A stretch of 64,000 nucleotides of DNA from Rhodospirillaceae bacterium (GCA_038114465.1 JAYNQW010000004.1:25528-89527), one strand, 5' to 3'. Counted from the first letter of the stretch, positions 1 to 10,690 are shown. Notes: generated by a model from the sequence alone, not told the origin. Program-made: numbers and translations.

Positions 1-4
1 TATC

Positions 5-1495
5 GTGAATGTCGCCGTACCAAGCGTGATGGGCGCCTTCGGCGTCGAACAAGGGCAGGTGCAATGGATCGCAACCGGTTTCATCGCCACCATGGTCGCC
101 AGCCAACTCATGAACGCTTGGGTAATCGGTGCGCTGGGCGAGCGTGTCGCCTTTTGCGGCGTTTTGGCTTTATTTACACTCGGTGCCATTGTCGCGGCGT
201 CCAGCACGACCCTCGAAATCCTCATCGCCGCCCGGATCCTACAAGGTTTTACCGCCGGCATCCTGATGCCGTTGGTGATGTCGGTGATGATCGCATCGTT
301 CCCGGATAACAAACGCGGCTTCGTGATCGGTATGTACGGCATGGGCGTGACCATGGCGCCCGGGTTCGGGCCGTTCTTCGGCGGCCTCGCCATCGATTTG
401 TTTTCCTGGCGCCATATGTTTTTGATGCCTCTGCCCCTGGTCGGTGTTTCGTTTCTATTGGGTTTGTTTTTGATGCCGCACCGGAAATTTTCCTGGGAGT
501 TTCCGAGTTTTAATTGGTCAGGCTATGCGCTGCTGATTGTCGCACTGATTTGCATCATGAGCGGTATCGGCAATGGGCAGCGTTGGGGATGGGGTTCTGA
601 TACGACGCTCATCACCTTCTCGCTGGGGATCGTGTCAGCGGTGATCTTTGTTATCTCGCAACTCCATGTCCGCAACCCGCTTTTGGACCCGACACTGTTT
701 CTGAATCCGCAGTACACATCCGCCGTCGTGTTGGCCTTCGTTTTCGGCCTCGGCAGTTTTGCCACCAACTACGCCATCCCCGTGTTTGCCCAAACCATCC
801 AGGGCTTCACGCCAACCAAGGCCGGACTCATTATTGTGCCGGCCGGCATGTTGTTGTTGGTCCTGATCCCCGTTGCCGGGCGAATTGCCGATCATATCCC
901 CAATCATATTCCGATCATGTGCGGCTGTGTTTTGTTCGCCCTTTCCATGTACTTCGTTTCGGATGCCGACGTGAACACGTCGTTTTGGGCCATCGCGCTT
1001 TTGGTATTGGTCAGCCGCGGCGGCCACGGCATCGTTAATCCGAATATGGGCCGGGCGGCGCTGTCGGCAATTCCACAAGACAAGCTAAATCAGGGCGTCG
1101 GCACATACAACTTCATGCGCCAGATGGGTGGCGCCTTCGGCGTCAATATCATCGTGGTCATCATGGAAACCCGCACCGCGTTTCACAGCGAAACCCTGAC
1201 CGCCACGCAAACCGCCGGCAACCCGACCAGTCGCGAATTCCTCGGAAAGGTCGAAGGCCTGCTCAACGAGGCCGGCGTCGCCGCAGCGATCCGGGAAGGC
1301 GGAGCGCTCGATTACCTCGGCAAGGTGATTTATGCCCAGGCCAGCACGCTTGGTTTCCAAGACGCGTTTACGGTCATCAGTATTCTGTTCGTCTTAGTGC
1401 TCATTCCCGCCTGGATCGTCGGCCGTGCTCACAAAAGGGTGGAACGGGCGGAGGCCCAAGAAGCCCGCAAAAACGCCAAGGCCGCCAAGGCCTAG
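5..1495 (+). CDS. MFS transporter, DHA2/EmrB-QacA-like (5' end cut by window edge)
   Basis: The ORF is open to the window start. The profile is polytopic and hydrophobic, with MFS-like segments (ARILQGFTAGILMPL) and a short K/A-rich C-terminal tail. Confidence 0.8.
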   Translation: MNVAVPSVMGAFGVEQGQVQWIATGFIATMVASQLMNAWVIGALGERVAFCGVLALFTLGAIVAASSTTLEILIAARILQGFTAGILMPLVMSVMIASFPDNKRGFVIGMYGMGVTMAPGFGPFFGGLAIDLFSWRHMFLMPLPLVGVSFLLGLFLMPHRKFSWEFPSFNWSGYALLIVALICIMSGIGNGQRWGWGSDTTLITFSLGIVSAVIFVISQLHVRNPLLDPTLFLNPQYTSAVVLAFVFGLGSFATNYAIPVFAQTIQGFTPTKAGLIIVPAGMLLLVLIPVAGRIADHIPNHIPIMCGCVLFALSMYFVSDADVNTSFWAIALLVLVSRGGHGIVNPNMGRAALSAIPQDKLNQGVGTYNFMRQMGGAFGVNIIVVIMETRTAFHSETLTATQTAGNPTSREFLGKVEGLLNEAGVAAAIREGGALDYLGKVIYAQASTLGFQDAFTVISILFVLVLIPAWIVGRAHKRVERAEAQEARKNAKAAKA

Positions 1496-1611
1496 ACCGG
1501 CTTTTCACGCCATCGTCTTTAGATTTCCGTGGATTCCCGTTGCCGGAACGGCATCGGCCTGATATGAGAACATAACAAGAACTTTTGAACCTGCCCCCGC
1601 AAGGCGGCGGA

Positions 1612-2748
1612 ATGATGATGGACCCGCAAACCACTCAGAATCTGTTCTTTAGTGAAAAACGCGACTGGCTGCGCCTGATTCGCTCCGAAAACGTTGGCCC
1701 GATCACATTTTTCCGGTTGTTGGCACATTTCGGCACGGCGACCGACGCGCTGTTGGCGTTGCCCGATATGGCACGGCGCGGCGGGCGCAGGAAACCAATC
1801 AAAATTTGTCCGCCGGAAGCAGCGGAAGCCGAGATGGAAATACTCGATACCCTGGGCGTGCAGTTGATTGCCGCGTGCGAACCGGCGTATCCACGCTTGC
1901 TGGCCGAAATAGACGACCCGCCACCATTGATTGCCGTACGCGGCCATGCCGATCTTTTAAACCAGCCGTCCGTCGCGATTGTCGGCGCACGCAACGCATC
2001 TCTCAACGGCCGGCGGTTTGCGCGCGATATCGCCCAGGAACTTGGCGGCCAAGGCCTCGTGATCGTATCAGGCATGGCCCGTGGCATTGATGCCTATGCC
2101 CATGACGGCGCGCTCGATACCGGCACCATTGGTGTCATCGCCGGCGGAATTGATCATATTTATCCGAAAGAAAACACGTCTCTCTATGCCGATATGTATG
2201 AACGCGGTGCCTTGGTCTCGGAAATGCCCCCCGGCACAGTACCCCAAGCGCAGCATTTTCCCCGCCGCAACCGCATGATTTCCGGCATCAGCCAGGGCGT
2301 CGTGGTGATTGAAGCCGGACGCCGGTCGGGCTCCCTGATCACCGCACGCATGGCGCTCGAACAAGGCCGCGACGTATTCGCCGTGCCCGGCTCACCCCAG
2401 GACCCGCGAAACCGGGGCAGCAACGATTTATTGCGCCAAGGTGCAATTTTAACAGAAAAAGCCGAAGATGTGATCACCGAGCTGGCGCCGCGCGATTACC
2501 CGCCGTTAAGAGAAACTCAACCTATTGAAACTAATGATATTTTTGATGAACCCGTCACACCGGAATCGAGCGAAACCATCCGCGATCGCATCCTCGAATG
2601 CCTCGGCCCCTCACCCGTGAAGGTTGACGAAATCATCCGTAGCTGCCATTTGTCCGCTCCCGTCGTTTCTGCGGCGCTCCTGGAACTGGAACTCGCAGGT
2701 CGATTGGAACGGCACCCTGGACAACAAGTATCACTGATACGCGCATAA
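1612..2748 (+). CDS. dprA: DNA processing protein DprA/Smf
   Basis: DprA Rossmann-like core is present: VGARNASLNGRRFA, SGMARGIDAYAHDGAL, FPRRNRMISGISQGVVVIEAGRRSGSLITAR. The start is ambiguous (TTG at 1585 or ATG at 1612). The gene lies directly upstream of topA, as in many bacteria. Confidence 0.85.
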   Translation: MMMDPQTTQNLFFSEKRDWLRLIRSENVGPITFFRLLAHFGTATDALLALPDMARRGGRRKPIKICPPEAAEAEMEILDTLGVQLIAACEPAYPRLLAEIDDPPPLIAVRGHADLLNQPSVAIVGARNASLNGRRFARDIAQELGGQGLVIVSGMARGIDAYAHDGALDTGTIGVIAGGIDHIYPKENTSLYADMYERGALVSEMPPGTVPQAQHFPRRNRMISGISQGVVVIEAGRRSGSLITARMALEQGRDVFAVPGSPQDPRNRGSNDLLRQGAILTEKAEDVITELAPRDYPPLRETQPIETNDIFDEPVTPESSETIRDRILECLGPSPVKVDEIIRSCHLSAPVVSAALLELELAGRLERHPGQQVSLIRA

Positions 2749-2752
2749 AAAT

Positions 2753-5443
2753 ATGAGCAACGTCGTCATCGTCGAATCGCCCGCCAAGGCCAAAACCATC
2801 AATAAGTACCTTGGCAGCGACTATAAGGTTCTCGCCAGTTACGGTCATATCCGTGACCTGCCGTCAAAAGATGGCTCGGTCCGGCCCGATGACGATTTTG
2901 ATATGGATTGGGAAATCGACCCCAAAGCCAATAAGCGCATTAAAGACATCACCAATGCCCTCAAAGGCGCGGATCATCTATATCTCGCGACTGACCCGGA
3001 CCGTGAAGGCGAGGCCATCGCTTGGCATGTGCAGGAAGTTCTCAAGGAAAAGAAGCTTCTCGATAACATCGACGTGAAACGCGTCGTCTTTAACGAAATT
3101 ACCGCCAAGGCCGTTCGCGAAGCTTTTACTCATCCGCGTGAACTTGATCATGAACTGATCGATGCTTATCTGGCCCGGCGTGCGCTGGATTATCTTGTCG
3201 GTTTTAATCTTTCGCCCGTGCTGTGGCGCAAATTACCAGGCAGTCGCTCGGCGGGCCGCGTGCAATCGGTCGCCCTGCGATTGATTTGCGAACGCGAAAC
3301 CGAAATCGAAGCCTTTAAGCCGGACGAATATTGGTCCATCGAAGTCACCCTGGAAACGCCGAAAGGTGAACCCTTCACGGCGCAACTGACCCAACTCGAA
3401 GGCGAGAAGCTCAAAAAGCTCAGCATCGCCAACCAAGAACAAGCCGATAACGCCGTCGCGCTGATCCGCGCCGCCAACTACAAAGCTGCCGAGGTCGAGC
3501 GTAAACAAGTACGCCGGAATCCGCCGCCGCCGTTTATTACCTCGACCTTGCAGCAGGAAGCCGCTCGCAAGCTGTATTTCAATGCGCGGCGCACGATGCA
3601 GGTCGCACAAAAACTTTATGAAGGTGTCGACATCGGCGGTGAAACGGTCGGCCTGATTACCTATATGCGGACCGACGGTGTCACATTGGCGCAGGAAGCC
3701 ATTACCGGCGCGCGTGAAGTTATCAGCAAGGAATTCGGTGCCGAGTATGTGCCGCCTGAGCCCCGGGTGTTTAAAAGCAAAGCGAAAAACGCTCAGGAAG
3801 CGCACGAAGCCGTCCGCCCGACAGACCTCGCCCGGCGCCCTGATGACGTCGCTAAATATCTAGATCAGGAACAATACAAGCTTTACGAACTCATTTGGAA
3901 ACGTACCGTTGCCTGCCAAATGGCCTCGGCGGTTTTGGATCAAGTCGGCATCAACATTCCGGCCGATGACGGAAAAACCGTGCTGCGTGCCACCGGTTCT
4001 GTCGTCACGTTCGACGGCTTCTTTAAAGTGTATCAAGAGGGCCAAGACGACACCGATCAAAACGACGATAAGGATAAAGGCGATTCCAAGGATCGCATTC
4101 TGCCGGCCATCAACGAAAACGATCCGCTCAGTCAGAAAGACATCAAACCAGAACAGCACTTCACACAACCGCCACCGCGTTATTCTGAAGCAAGCTTGGT
4201 TAAAAAACTCGAAGAGCTGGGCATTGGCCGGCCCTCGACCTACGCATCGATCATCTCCGTTCTGCAGGACCGTAATTATGTCCGCATCGAAAAACGCCGG
4301 TTCATTCCCGGCGACCGGGGCCGGTTAGTCACGGCGTTTCTATCCAGCTTCTTTACGCGGTACGTCGAATACAATTTTACCGCCGAGCTTGAAAACGAAC
4401 TCGACGAAATTACCGAAGGCAAAGTGAACTGGAAAAAAGTTCTCAAGGATTTCTGGTCGGCCTTCAGCAGTGCAGTCGGTGAAACCAAGGACCTTCGCAT
4501 CCGCGAGGTGCTCGACACGCTTGATGAATTACTCGGTCCGCACTTTTTCCCCGAGTCGTCGAACGGCAAAGACCCGCGCGCATGCGGTGCCTGTGACGAC
4601 GGCCGGCTGAATTTAAAACTCGGCAAATTCGGCGCCTTTATCGGCTGCTCGAATTACCCCGACTGCCGTTTCACCCGGCCGTTGGAAGTCGTCGACGGCG
4701 AAGGCGACGGTGTCGGCAGCCTGCCCAAAAATTTAGGCAAAGATCCGGAAACTGAACTAGACATCACCTTACGCAAAGGCCCCTATGGGTTTTATTTGCA
4801 ACGGGGCGAGCCCATCGGCGAAGGCGACGATCAAGTTAAGCCGAAACGCACGGCCCTGCCGAAAACGTATGCACCGTCCGATGTCGATCTTGAGCTCGCC
4901 TTGGCTTTATTGTCCCTACCGCGACGGCTCGGGCATCACCCGGAAACCAACAAAGTCATCGCCGCCGGCATCGGTCGTTTCGGTCCGTATATTCGGCATG
5001 ATCAAAACTACGTTTCGCTTAAGGGTGATGATGACGTCTTAACGATTGGATTGAATCGGGCCGTCACGTTAATCGCCGATGCGCCGAAAAAAGAGCCGCC
5101 GAAAGAAGTCGCAAAACACCCCGATGACGGCAAGCCGATCACCATTCGCACCGGGCGTTACGGACCTTACCTGCAACACGGCACGCTACGTGCGGCATTG
5201 CCCAAAGATAAAAGCGAAGACGACATCACGCTTGAAATAGCCCTGGAGCTTTTGGCGGCAAAAGCGAAAAAAAGTCCGCAAAAGAAAACCAAGAAAAAGG
5301 CGGCAAAGAAAAAAGCGACAAAAAAGAAGGCCACGAAAAAGAAAACCGCTAAGAAAAAAACAGCGAAGAAAAAAGCGAAAAGCGATACGAAAACCGAAGA
5401 TTCCGAAGACACAGCCTCTCCTGAAACTGTTGTCAGCGATTAA
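2753..5443 (+). CDS. topA: DNA topoisomerase I with a lysine-repeat C-terminal tail
   Basis: 896 aa. It has the Toprim N-terminus (VVIVESPAKAKTINKYLG, ATDPDREGEAIAWH), the active-site region (ITYMRTDG) and a C4 zinc-ribbon (CGACDDG...CSNYPDC). The tail reads KKKATKKKATKKKTAKKKTAKKKAK. Confidence 0.97.
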   Translation: MSNVVIVESPAKAKTINKYLGSDYKVLASYGHIRDLPSKDGSVRPDDDFDMDWEIDPKANKRIKDITNALKGADHLYLATDPDREGEAIAWHVQEVLKEKKLLDNIDVKRVVFNEITAKAVREAFTHPRELDHELIDAYLARRALDYLVGFNLSPVLWRKLPGSRSAGRVQSVALRLICERETEIEAFKPDEYWSIEVTLETPKGEPFTAQLTQLEGEKLKKLSIANQEQADNAVALIRAANYKAAEVERKQVRRNPPPPFITSTLQQEAARKLYFNARRTMQVAQKLYEGVDIGGETVGLITYMRTDGVTLAQEAITGAREVISKEFGAEYVPPEPRVFKSKAKNAQEAHEAVRPTDLARRPDDVAKYLDQEQYKLYELIWKRTVACQMASAVLDQVGINIPADDGKTVLRATGSVVTFDGFFKVYQEGQDDTDQNDDKDKGDSKDRILPAINENDPLSQKDIKPEQHFTQPPPRYSEASLVKKLEELGIGRPSTYASIISVLQDRNYVRIEKRRFIPGDRGRLVTAFLSSFFTRYVEYNFTAELENELDEITEGKVNWKKVLKDFWSAFSSAVGETKDLRIREVLDTLDELLGPHFFPESSNGKDPRACGACDDGRLNLKLGKFGAFIGCSNYPDCRFTRPLEVVDGEGDGVGSLPKNLGKDPETELDITLRKGPYGFYLQRGEPIGEGDDQVKPKRTALPKTYAPSDVDLELALALLSLPRRLGHHPETNKVIAAGIGRFGPYIRHDQNYVSLKGDDDVLTIGLNRAVTLIADAPKKEPPKEVAKHPDDGKPITIRTGRYGPYLQHGTLRAALPKDKSEDDITLEIALELLAAKAKKSPQKKTKKKAAKKKATKKKATKKKTAKKKTAKKKAKSDTKTEDSEDTASPETVVSD

Positions 5444-5469
5444 CTTCTTTAAGATCGGCCCTGATTGTT

Positions 5470-7725
5470 GTGGCTAAATCAAAAAAAACGACCAAACAGA
5501 AAGCCGCGCCTTTCCCCAGCCGCGATGAAATTCTTCAATACGTTTTAGACAACCCCCAGCACGTCGGCAAAAGAGATATTGCCCGAGCTTTTCGACTTAA
5601 TTCCAAACAACGCATCGCCCTAAAACACGTCCTTAAAGAGCTTGAGAACGACGGCTTAATCGGCCGCCAGCGCGGTCGCCGGTATGCCCCGCCGGAAGCC
5701 CTCCCCTCGGTCACCGTGCTCGAAGTAACCGGCATGGATGATGACGGCGAGCTTCTCGCCCGGCCTGTCAACTGGGATAATGATTCCCCGCCACCCACTA
5801 TTTATGTATTGCCTGACAAGAAAGAAGGGGCTGCACTCGGCATTGGCGAACACATTCTCGCCCGTCTCAGCCGCGCCGGATCATCAAGTTATGAAGCGCG
5901 GACGATCAAGCGCCTGAAACCCCCGCCGAAACAAGTTCTCGGAATGTACCGCGCCGGCCCGAACGGCCAAGGTCGGTTAGTCCCGACAAATAAAAGAAAT
6001 CGCCAGGAACTTATTATCGCTAAAGAAAATACAAACGGTGCCAAGCCAGGAGACCTGGTTATTGCCGAAATTCTGCCTGGACGGCCGTTCGGGTTACGGC
6101 ACGGCAAAATCAGCGAGCGGATCGATCAAACGCAAGGCACCCAACTCATCAGCACCATCGCTCTGCACGAATACGACATCCCGATTGAATTCACACCCGA
6201 AGCCCTCAATGAAGCCAAGGCGGCAAAAGCGGCCCCTTTAGCCGACAGGGATGATCTCCGCGATATCCCACTCGTTACGATAGACGGTGCCGACGCCCGC
6301 GATTTCGATGATGCGGTTTGGGCAGAAGCCGATCCGAATCCGGACAACATCGGCGGCTGGCACGTGATTGTCGCCATCGCCGATGTCGCTTGGTATGTCC
6401 ACCCGGGATCGCCCTTAGACACTTGCGCCTACGAACGCGGCAACTCGGTTTATCTGCCCGACAAAGTCGTGCCGATGTTGCCTGAAGAATTGTCGAACGG
6501 CTGGTGCAGTTTAAAGCCGAACGAAGACCGACCTTGCATGTACGTTCATCTGTGGTTTGACAAGCAAGGCCGAAAAATTCGTCATAAATTCGGCCGCGCC
6601 TTGATGCGTTCCACCGCACGATTAACTTACGAGCAGGTTCAAGCCGCTTACGATGGAAACACGGATGAACATACCGCATCCTTGCGCGACACCGTAATTG
6701 CCCCGCTCTATGGCGCCTATGAAGCACTGGCAAACGCGCGGGAACAACGGGGCGTTCTCAACCTGGATCTGCCCGAACATCAAATCATGATCGACGATTC
6801 GGGCAACGTGACTGGCGTATCTTTGCGCGCCCGATACGACAGCCACCGGTTAATTGAAGAATTCATGATTAGCGCCAACGTCGCAGCAGCTGAGACTTTA
6901 GAAAAACAACACCAGCCCTGCATGTACCGCATTCACGATGAACCGTCGCCGGAAAAACTTGAAGCCTTGCGAATTTTATTGGACGGAATCGGTATCCGTT
7001 TGGCGAAGGGCCAGGTTTTAAAACCAATTCACTTTAACCGTATTCTGGAAAAGGCCGCCGGCAAGGAATATGCCGACATGGTCAACCAATCCGTACTCCG
7101 CGCACAATCTCAAGCGGAATATAACCCGGACAATATCGGACACTTTGGTCTTTCTCTTCGGCGTTACGCTCATTTTACGTCGCCGATCCGTCGGTATGCC
7201 GATTTGCTGGTGCATAGAGCGTTGATCAAAGGTCTCGGCCTTGGCGTTGGCGCCCTAGAAAATGATCCGCGTGACTTTGCTGAAATGGGTGAACATATTT
7301 CTGCAACCGAGCGTCAGGCTGCCGCCGCCGAACGGGATGCCGTCGACCGGTTTACCGCCGCATTTCTCGCCGACCGCATCGGCGCACAATTTTTGGCCCG
7401 CATCGGCGGCGTGACCCGTTTTGGCTTATTCGTCACCCTTGCCGAGACAAACGCCGACGCTTTGGTGCCCATCGCCAGTCTGCCCGATGATTATTATGTT
7501 CATGATGAAGACCACCATCTTTTACGCGGACGCCACAGCGGTCGAATGTACAAACTTGGCGATTCCATCGACGTAACGCTGATCGAAGCCGATCCTTTAA
7601 CCGGAAGTTTACTGTGTCACGTTATGGATAGTGGTAAAGCGCCCAAAGAACGACGCAAATCAAAGAAAAAACGCGCGGCACACCGAAAGGGGCGGAAAAA
7701 AAACAAAACAAAACGGCAACCATGA
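5470..7725 (+). CDS. rnr: Ribonuclease R (RNB family 3'-5' exoribonuclease)
   Basis: 751 aa with a GTG start. RNB motifs are present (IDGADARDFDDAVW, YLPDKVVPMLPEELSNGWCSL, HFGLSLRRYAHFTSPIRRYADLLVHR), followed by an S1-like domain and a basic K/R tail. Confidence 0.93.
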   Translation: MAKSKKTTKQKAAPFPSRDEILQYVLDNPQHVGKRDIARAFRLNSKQRIALKHVLKELENDGLIGRQRGRRYAPPEALPSVTVLEVTGMDDDGELLARPVNWDNDSPPPTIYVLPDKKEGAALGIGEHILARLSRAGSSSYEARTIKRLKPPPKQVLGMYRAGPNGQGRLVPTNKRNRQELIIAKENTNGAKPGDLVIAEILPGRPFGLRHGKISERIDQTQGTQLISTIALHEYDIPIEFTPEALNEAKAAKAAPLADRDDLRDIPLVTIDGADARDFDDAVWAEADPNPDNIGGWHVIVAIADVAWYVHPGSPLDTCAYERGNSVYLPDKVVPMLPEELSNGWCSLKPNEDRPCMYVHLWFDKQGRKIRHKFGRALMRSTARLTYEQVQAAYDGNTDEHTASLRDTVIAPLYGAYEALANAREQRGVLNLDLPEHQIMIDDSGNVTGVSLRARYDSHRLIEEFMISANVAAAETLEKQHQPCMYRIHDEPSPEKLEALRILLDGIGIRLAKGQVLKPIHFNRILEKAAGKEYADMVNQSVLRAQSQAEYNPDNIGHFGLSLRRYAHFTSPIRRYADLLVHRALIKGLGLGVGALENDPRDFAEMGEHISATERQAAAAERDAVDRFTAAFLADRIGAQFLARIGGVTRFGLFVTLAETNADALVPIASLPDDYYVHDEDHHLLRGRHSGRMYKLGDSIDVTLIEADPLTGSLLCHVMDSGKAPKERRKSKKKRAAHRKGRKKNKTKRQP

Positions 7726-7768
7726 TTCCTATGGTGACGCCGATAAGAAAATCGAAGACAATAGCGAA

Positions 7769-9385
7769 ATGATCCGATTAAAAAACACAAAAACATCATT
7801 CGGGATAAGCCGCACATTCGCTGCGGCAATTTTGCTTGGATTTTTATCGTCTTGCTCGACCCAACCGGATGTTGCACCAACATCCGAGACTTTGATTCAT
7901 GAGCCGGCCACTATTAATTTATTTGCCAAGGGCTACCGGCAAATTGCCGATAAATACATTGAGGCCATACCGGTACGCCAATTGGCCCTGGAGGGCATCA
8001 AGGGGCTAAGTTCAATCGATCCCGAAATTGTCATTTCAAAAAACCGCACACAACTCACGCTTTCAGCTAACGATCAACCCGTAAAAAATTTTAATACGCC
8101 AAATTCTGAAGATGAAATGGCCTGGGCAACACTTACCAATGCCGTTTGGCACGAGGCGAGAAAATATTCTTCTTCGATTCATGACGCCCCTGCCGAACAA
8201 ATATATGAGGCTATATTCGATGGTACACTTTCGACCTTGGATGGTTTTTCGCGTTACGCCGGCAAAAAACAAGCACGGCGAAACCGGAACCGCCGGGATG
8301 GCTTTGGCGGCATCGGTATACGCTTCCATTACCGGCGCGGGTTAATTCATGTCGTTCGCGTGCTTAAAAACACACCGGCTGATACCGCCGGATTAAAGAA
8401 AGGCGATATCATCACCCATGTCGGCGATGTCCCACTCAAAGGTTTAAAATCCCGTGATATCATCGCGCAGCTTCACGGCCCGATAAAAAGTCTTGTCAAT
8501 ATTACCGTTCAACGGACAGGGCGGCATAGGCCGCTGCACTTTACCTTGGAGCGTTCACTGATCGTACCGAATACGGTAAAATCGCGCATCAAAAATGGCC
8601 TGATCATTGTCCGTATTCGCGGTTTTAATCAAAAAACATCCGAACGCACAGCCCAACGAATTCTATCGGCACGCAAAACGATGGGAAGTCGAATGAAAGG
8701 TGTCGTTCTGGACCTTCGTGGTAATCCGGGCGGCCTGCTCAAACAGGCCATCAAGGTCGCGGATTTGTTTCTGAAAAAATCCAGCATAGTTTCGACACGC
8801 GGCCGCCATCCGGACAGTTACCAATATTACGAGGCGAATTTCGAAGACATAATAAATGGGCTTCCGTTAGCGGTATTGATCGATGGCAAGTCGGCATCAG
8901 CTGCCGAAGTTTTAGCTGCAGCGCTGCAGGATTCAGGCCGGGCCGTTATTATTGGCACCACCTCGTATGGCAAAGGCACCGTGCAATCCGTGATCCGCCT
9001 GCCGAATGACGGCGAAATTACGCTGACATGGTCCCGGCTGCATTCACCCGCCGGATACATTTTTCATAATCTCGGCATTTTTCCATCAATTTGCACCAGC
9101 GGCCAAAATAACAAGCCAGCCCAGGTGATACGGACCGCGCTGGATCAACATGCAAAAGTCTTGTCGACCTATCAGGCGTGGTGGCAAAGCAACAAGATAA
9201 CAAATGATAAGCGAAACAGCCTCCGGGAAACTTGTCCGCCTGAACGGCGGAAAAGCAATCTTGAGGTCGACATCGCGACTGCATTGCTTGCCGACAAGTT
9301 GCTTTATGCCAGGGCGATGATGGACGTCCCGGAAATGGCGCACCGGCCATACCGCGAATTATCGTTACAGCCTTCAACGCCTTGA
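7769..9385 (+). CDS. S41 family C-terminal processing peptidase, lipoprotein
   Basis: The ATG at 7769 gives a signal peptide plus lipobox (AAILLGFLSSC). A PDZ segment (VLKNTPADTAGLKKGDIITHV) and S41 catalytic segments (RGNPGG, SASAAEVLAAALQD, TSYGKGTVQ) follow. The 7631 start in the ORF track would overlap rnr. Confidence 0.85.
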   Translation: MIRLKNTKTSFGISRTFAAAILLGFLSSCSTQPDVAPTSETLIHEPATINLFAKGYRQIADKYIEAIPVRQLALEGIKGLSSIDPEIVISKNRTQLTLSANDQPVKNFNTPNSEDEMAWATLTNAVWHEARKYSSSIHDAPAEQIYEAIFDGTLSTLDGFSRYAGKKQARRNRNRRDGFGGIGIRFHYRRGLIHVVRVLKNTPADTAGLKKGDIITHVGDVPLKGLKSRDIIAQLHGPIKSLVNITVQRTGRHRPLHFTLERSLIVPNTVKSRIKNGLIIVRIRGFNQKTSERTAQRILSARKTMGSRMKGVVLDLRGNPGGLLKQAIKVADLFLKKSSIVSTRGRHPDSYQYYEANFEDIINGLPLAVLIDGKSASAAEVLAAALQDSGRAVIIGTTSYGKGTVQSVIRLPNDGEITLTWSRLHSPAGYIFHNLGIFPSICTSGQNNKPAQVIRTALDQHAKVLSTYQAWWQSNKITNDKRNSLRETCPPERRKSNLEVDIATALLADKLLYARAMMDVPEMAHRPYRELSLQPSTP

Positions 9386-9492
9386 TTTTATCACAGAAAT
9401 TCGTTCTCTCTTGACATCGGCGGGATGGATTGTATGTTTCGCGCCCGTAGAGACGCCCGCAGTGAATTAACCCCCCGGGAGCTGAGAAGGCC

Positions 9493-9660
9493 ATGGCCAA
9501 GTCGAGCACAGTTTTGATCAAACTCGTCAGCAGCGCTGACACGGGATTTTATTATGTGACGAAGAAAAACCCTCGCACATCGACAGAGAAACTTGAGCTG
9601 AAAAAGTACGATCCCGTCGCGCGCAAACACGTGTTATTCAAAGAAGCCAAAATCAAATAA
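9493..9660 (+). CDS. rpmG: 50S ribosomal protein L33
   Basis: Hand-translated 55-aa ORF, below the ORF-track length cutoff: [61 protein letters not shown] Shine-Dalgarno lies 4 nt upstream. There are no CxxC pairs, so this is the zinc-independent form. Confidence 0.9.
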   Translation: MAKSSTVLIKLVSSADTGFYYVTKKNPRTSTEKLELKKYDPVARKHVLFKEAKIK

Positions 9661-9859
9661 CGGCTGATTTCCGGCGATTTTCTGAAAAAGAAAAAGCCGC
9701 CAAACGATTTCTGACGGCTCAAAGTCTAGGATCAAAAAGGGACTGTTTCCAGTCACGAGGGACTATGCCTGAAGCCCCCTGCATCCACAGTGACGGACGT
9801 CACTCATCCGGCTTTTCCGCATAAAATATCTCTAATTATTTGAAATTAAACGATTCTTT

Positions 9860-10690
9860 TTAGGAGGTGAATCGCTGAGATGCGGCCAAGGATATTCGCG
9901 CGGCCGGCTTTTCGCCTTGAACCTGATCCACCATATTTTGCAGCCGCTCAACATCATGAATCACTAGGTGGTCCTTCCGCCGCTCCAAAATACCTTGCCG
10001 TACCAAGTCATTGAGAACCCGGGCTACGGTTTCACGGGTCGTACTCACGCGGCTGGCTAAATCGCTGTGAACAGGGATCGGCTTAATGACGGCCTCATTG
10101 TCATCATTCACATTTGCCACAGCTTGACGCAAAAGTTCGGCGTGAACCCGGTTATTCGCACCCAGGGTGCTCAAATCCATAATCCGGTCCGTTGATCGGC
10201 GAATAATTTTTGCCATTTGTCGCATCACTGCCATGGATATCGCGGGATACCGTTCCAGGGCCGCCAGGAATACCTTTTGCGGTATAGAAACGATCACACA
10301 GTCAGCCAAGGCCATGACACTGGCAGAACGGGGTTCGCCGTCGATCGCGGCAAGCTCGCCGAAGTGACCGCCTTGAATCACATCATCGAGGGCGATTTCC
10401 CGGCCCGACAGGGAATAATTCACAATTCGGACGCTGCCGCGCACGACAAAAAATACATCCGTGGTTTTACTTTGCCGGTCGAAAATCTGCTCACCGGCTG
10501 AAAACTTCTTGTAGCGGCAGTATTCCTCAAGCTTAGCCACGTCTGCGGGTTTAACCCCCTCAAGGAGCCCGACGCCTTCTAAAAGTTTTGGGTCCGCTTC
10601 CGCCAATGCCTTCTCTCCCCCGAATCCCGGTCGATCCGGGATATTCGTCATGTTACTAGGAAATACCACACAAGGCGATATTGCCTTCAT
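9860..10690 (-). CDS. Crp/Fnr family transcriptional regulator (cNMP-binding domain + C-terminal HTH)
   Basis: A cNMP-binding beta-barrel is present (VFFVVRGSVRIVNYSLSGREIALDDV..GGHFGELAAIDGEPRSASV), with an HTH at the C-terminus (SDLASRVSTTRETVARVLNDLVRQGIL). The start is uncertain (TTG 10732, ATG 10690 or ATG 10651). Confidence 0.8.
   Translation of the reverse strand: MKAISPCVVFPSNMTNIPDRPGFGGEKALAEADPKLLEGVGLLEGVKPADVAKLEEYCRYKKFSAGEQIFDRQSKTTDVFFVVRGSVRIVNYSLSGREIALDDVIQGGHFGELAAIDGEPRSASVMALADCVIVSIPQKVFLAALERYPAISMAVMRQMAKIIRRSTDRIMDLSTLGANNRVHAELLRQAVANVNDDNEAVIKPIPVHSDLASRVSTTRETVARVLNDLVRQGILERRKDHLVIHDVERLQNMVDQVQGEKPAARISLAASQRFTS

Noticed and set aside
7631-7768. N-terminal 46-aa extension of the S41 peptidase ORF, which overlaps the 3' end of rnr.
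   Set aside because: The extension is the basic-tail DNA of rnr read in another frame. The ATG at 7769 gives a clean lipoprotein signal peptide, so the shorter gene is preferred.
9391-9630. A 79-aa minus-strand ORF from the track.
   Set aside because: It overlaps, in antisense, a textbook L33 (rpmG) gene that has a Shine-Dalgarno. The L33 reading is far better supported.
9680-9715. A possible hairpin after rpmG (AGCCGCC...GACGGCT).
   Set aside because: Only 5-6 bp pair, with a mismatch and no T-run, so the support for a terminator call is too weak.
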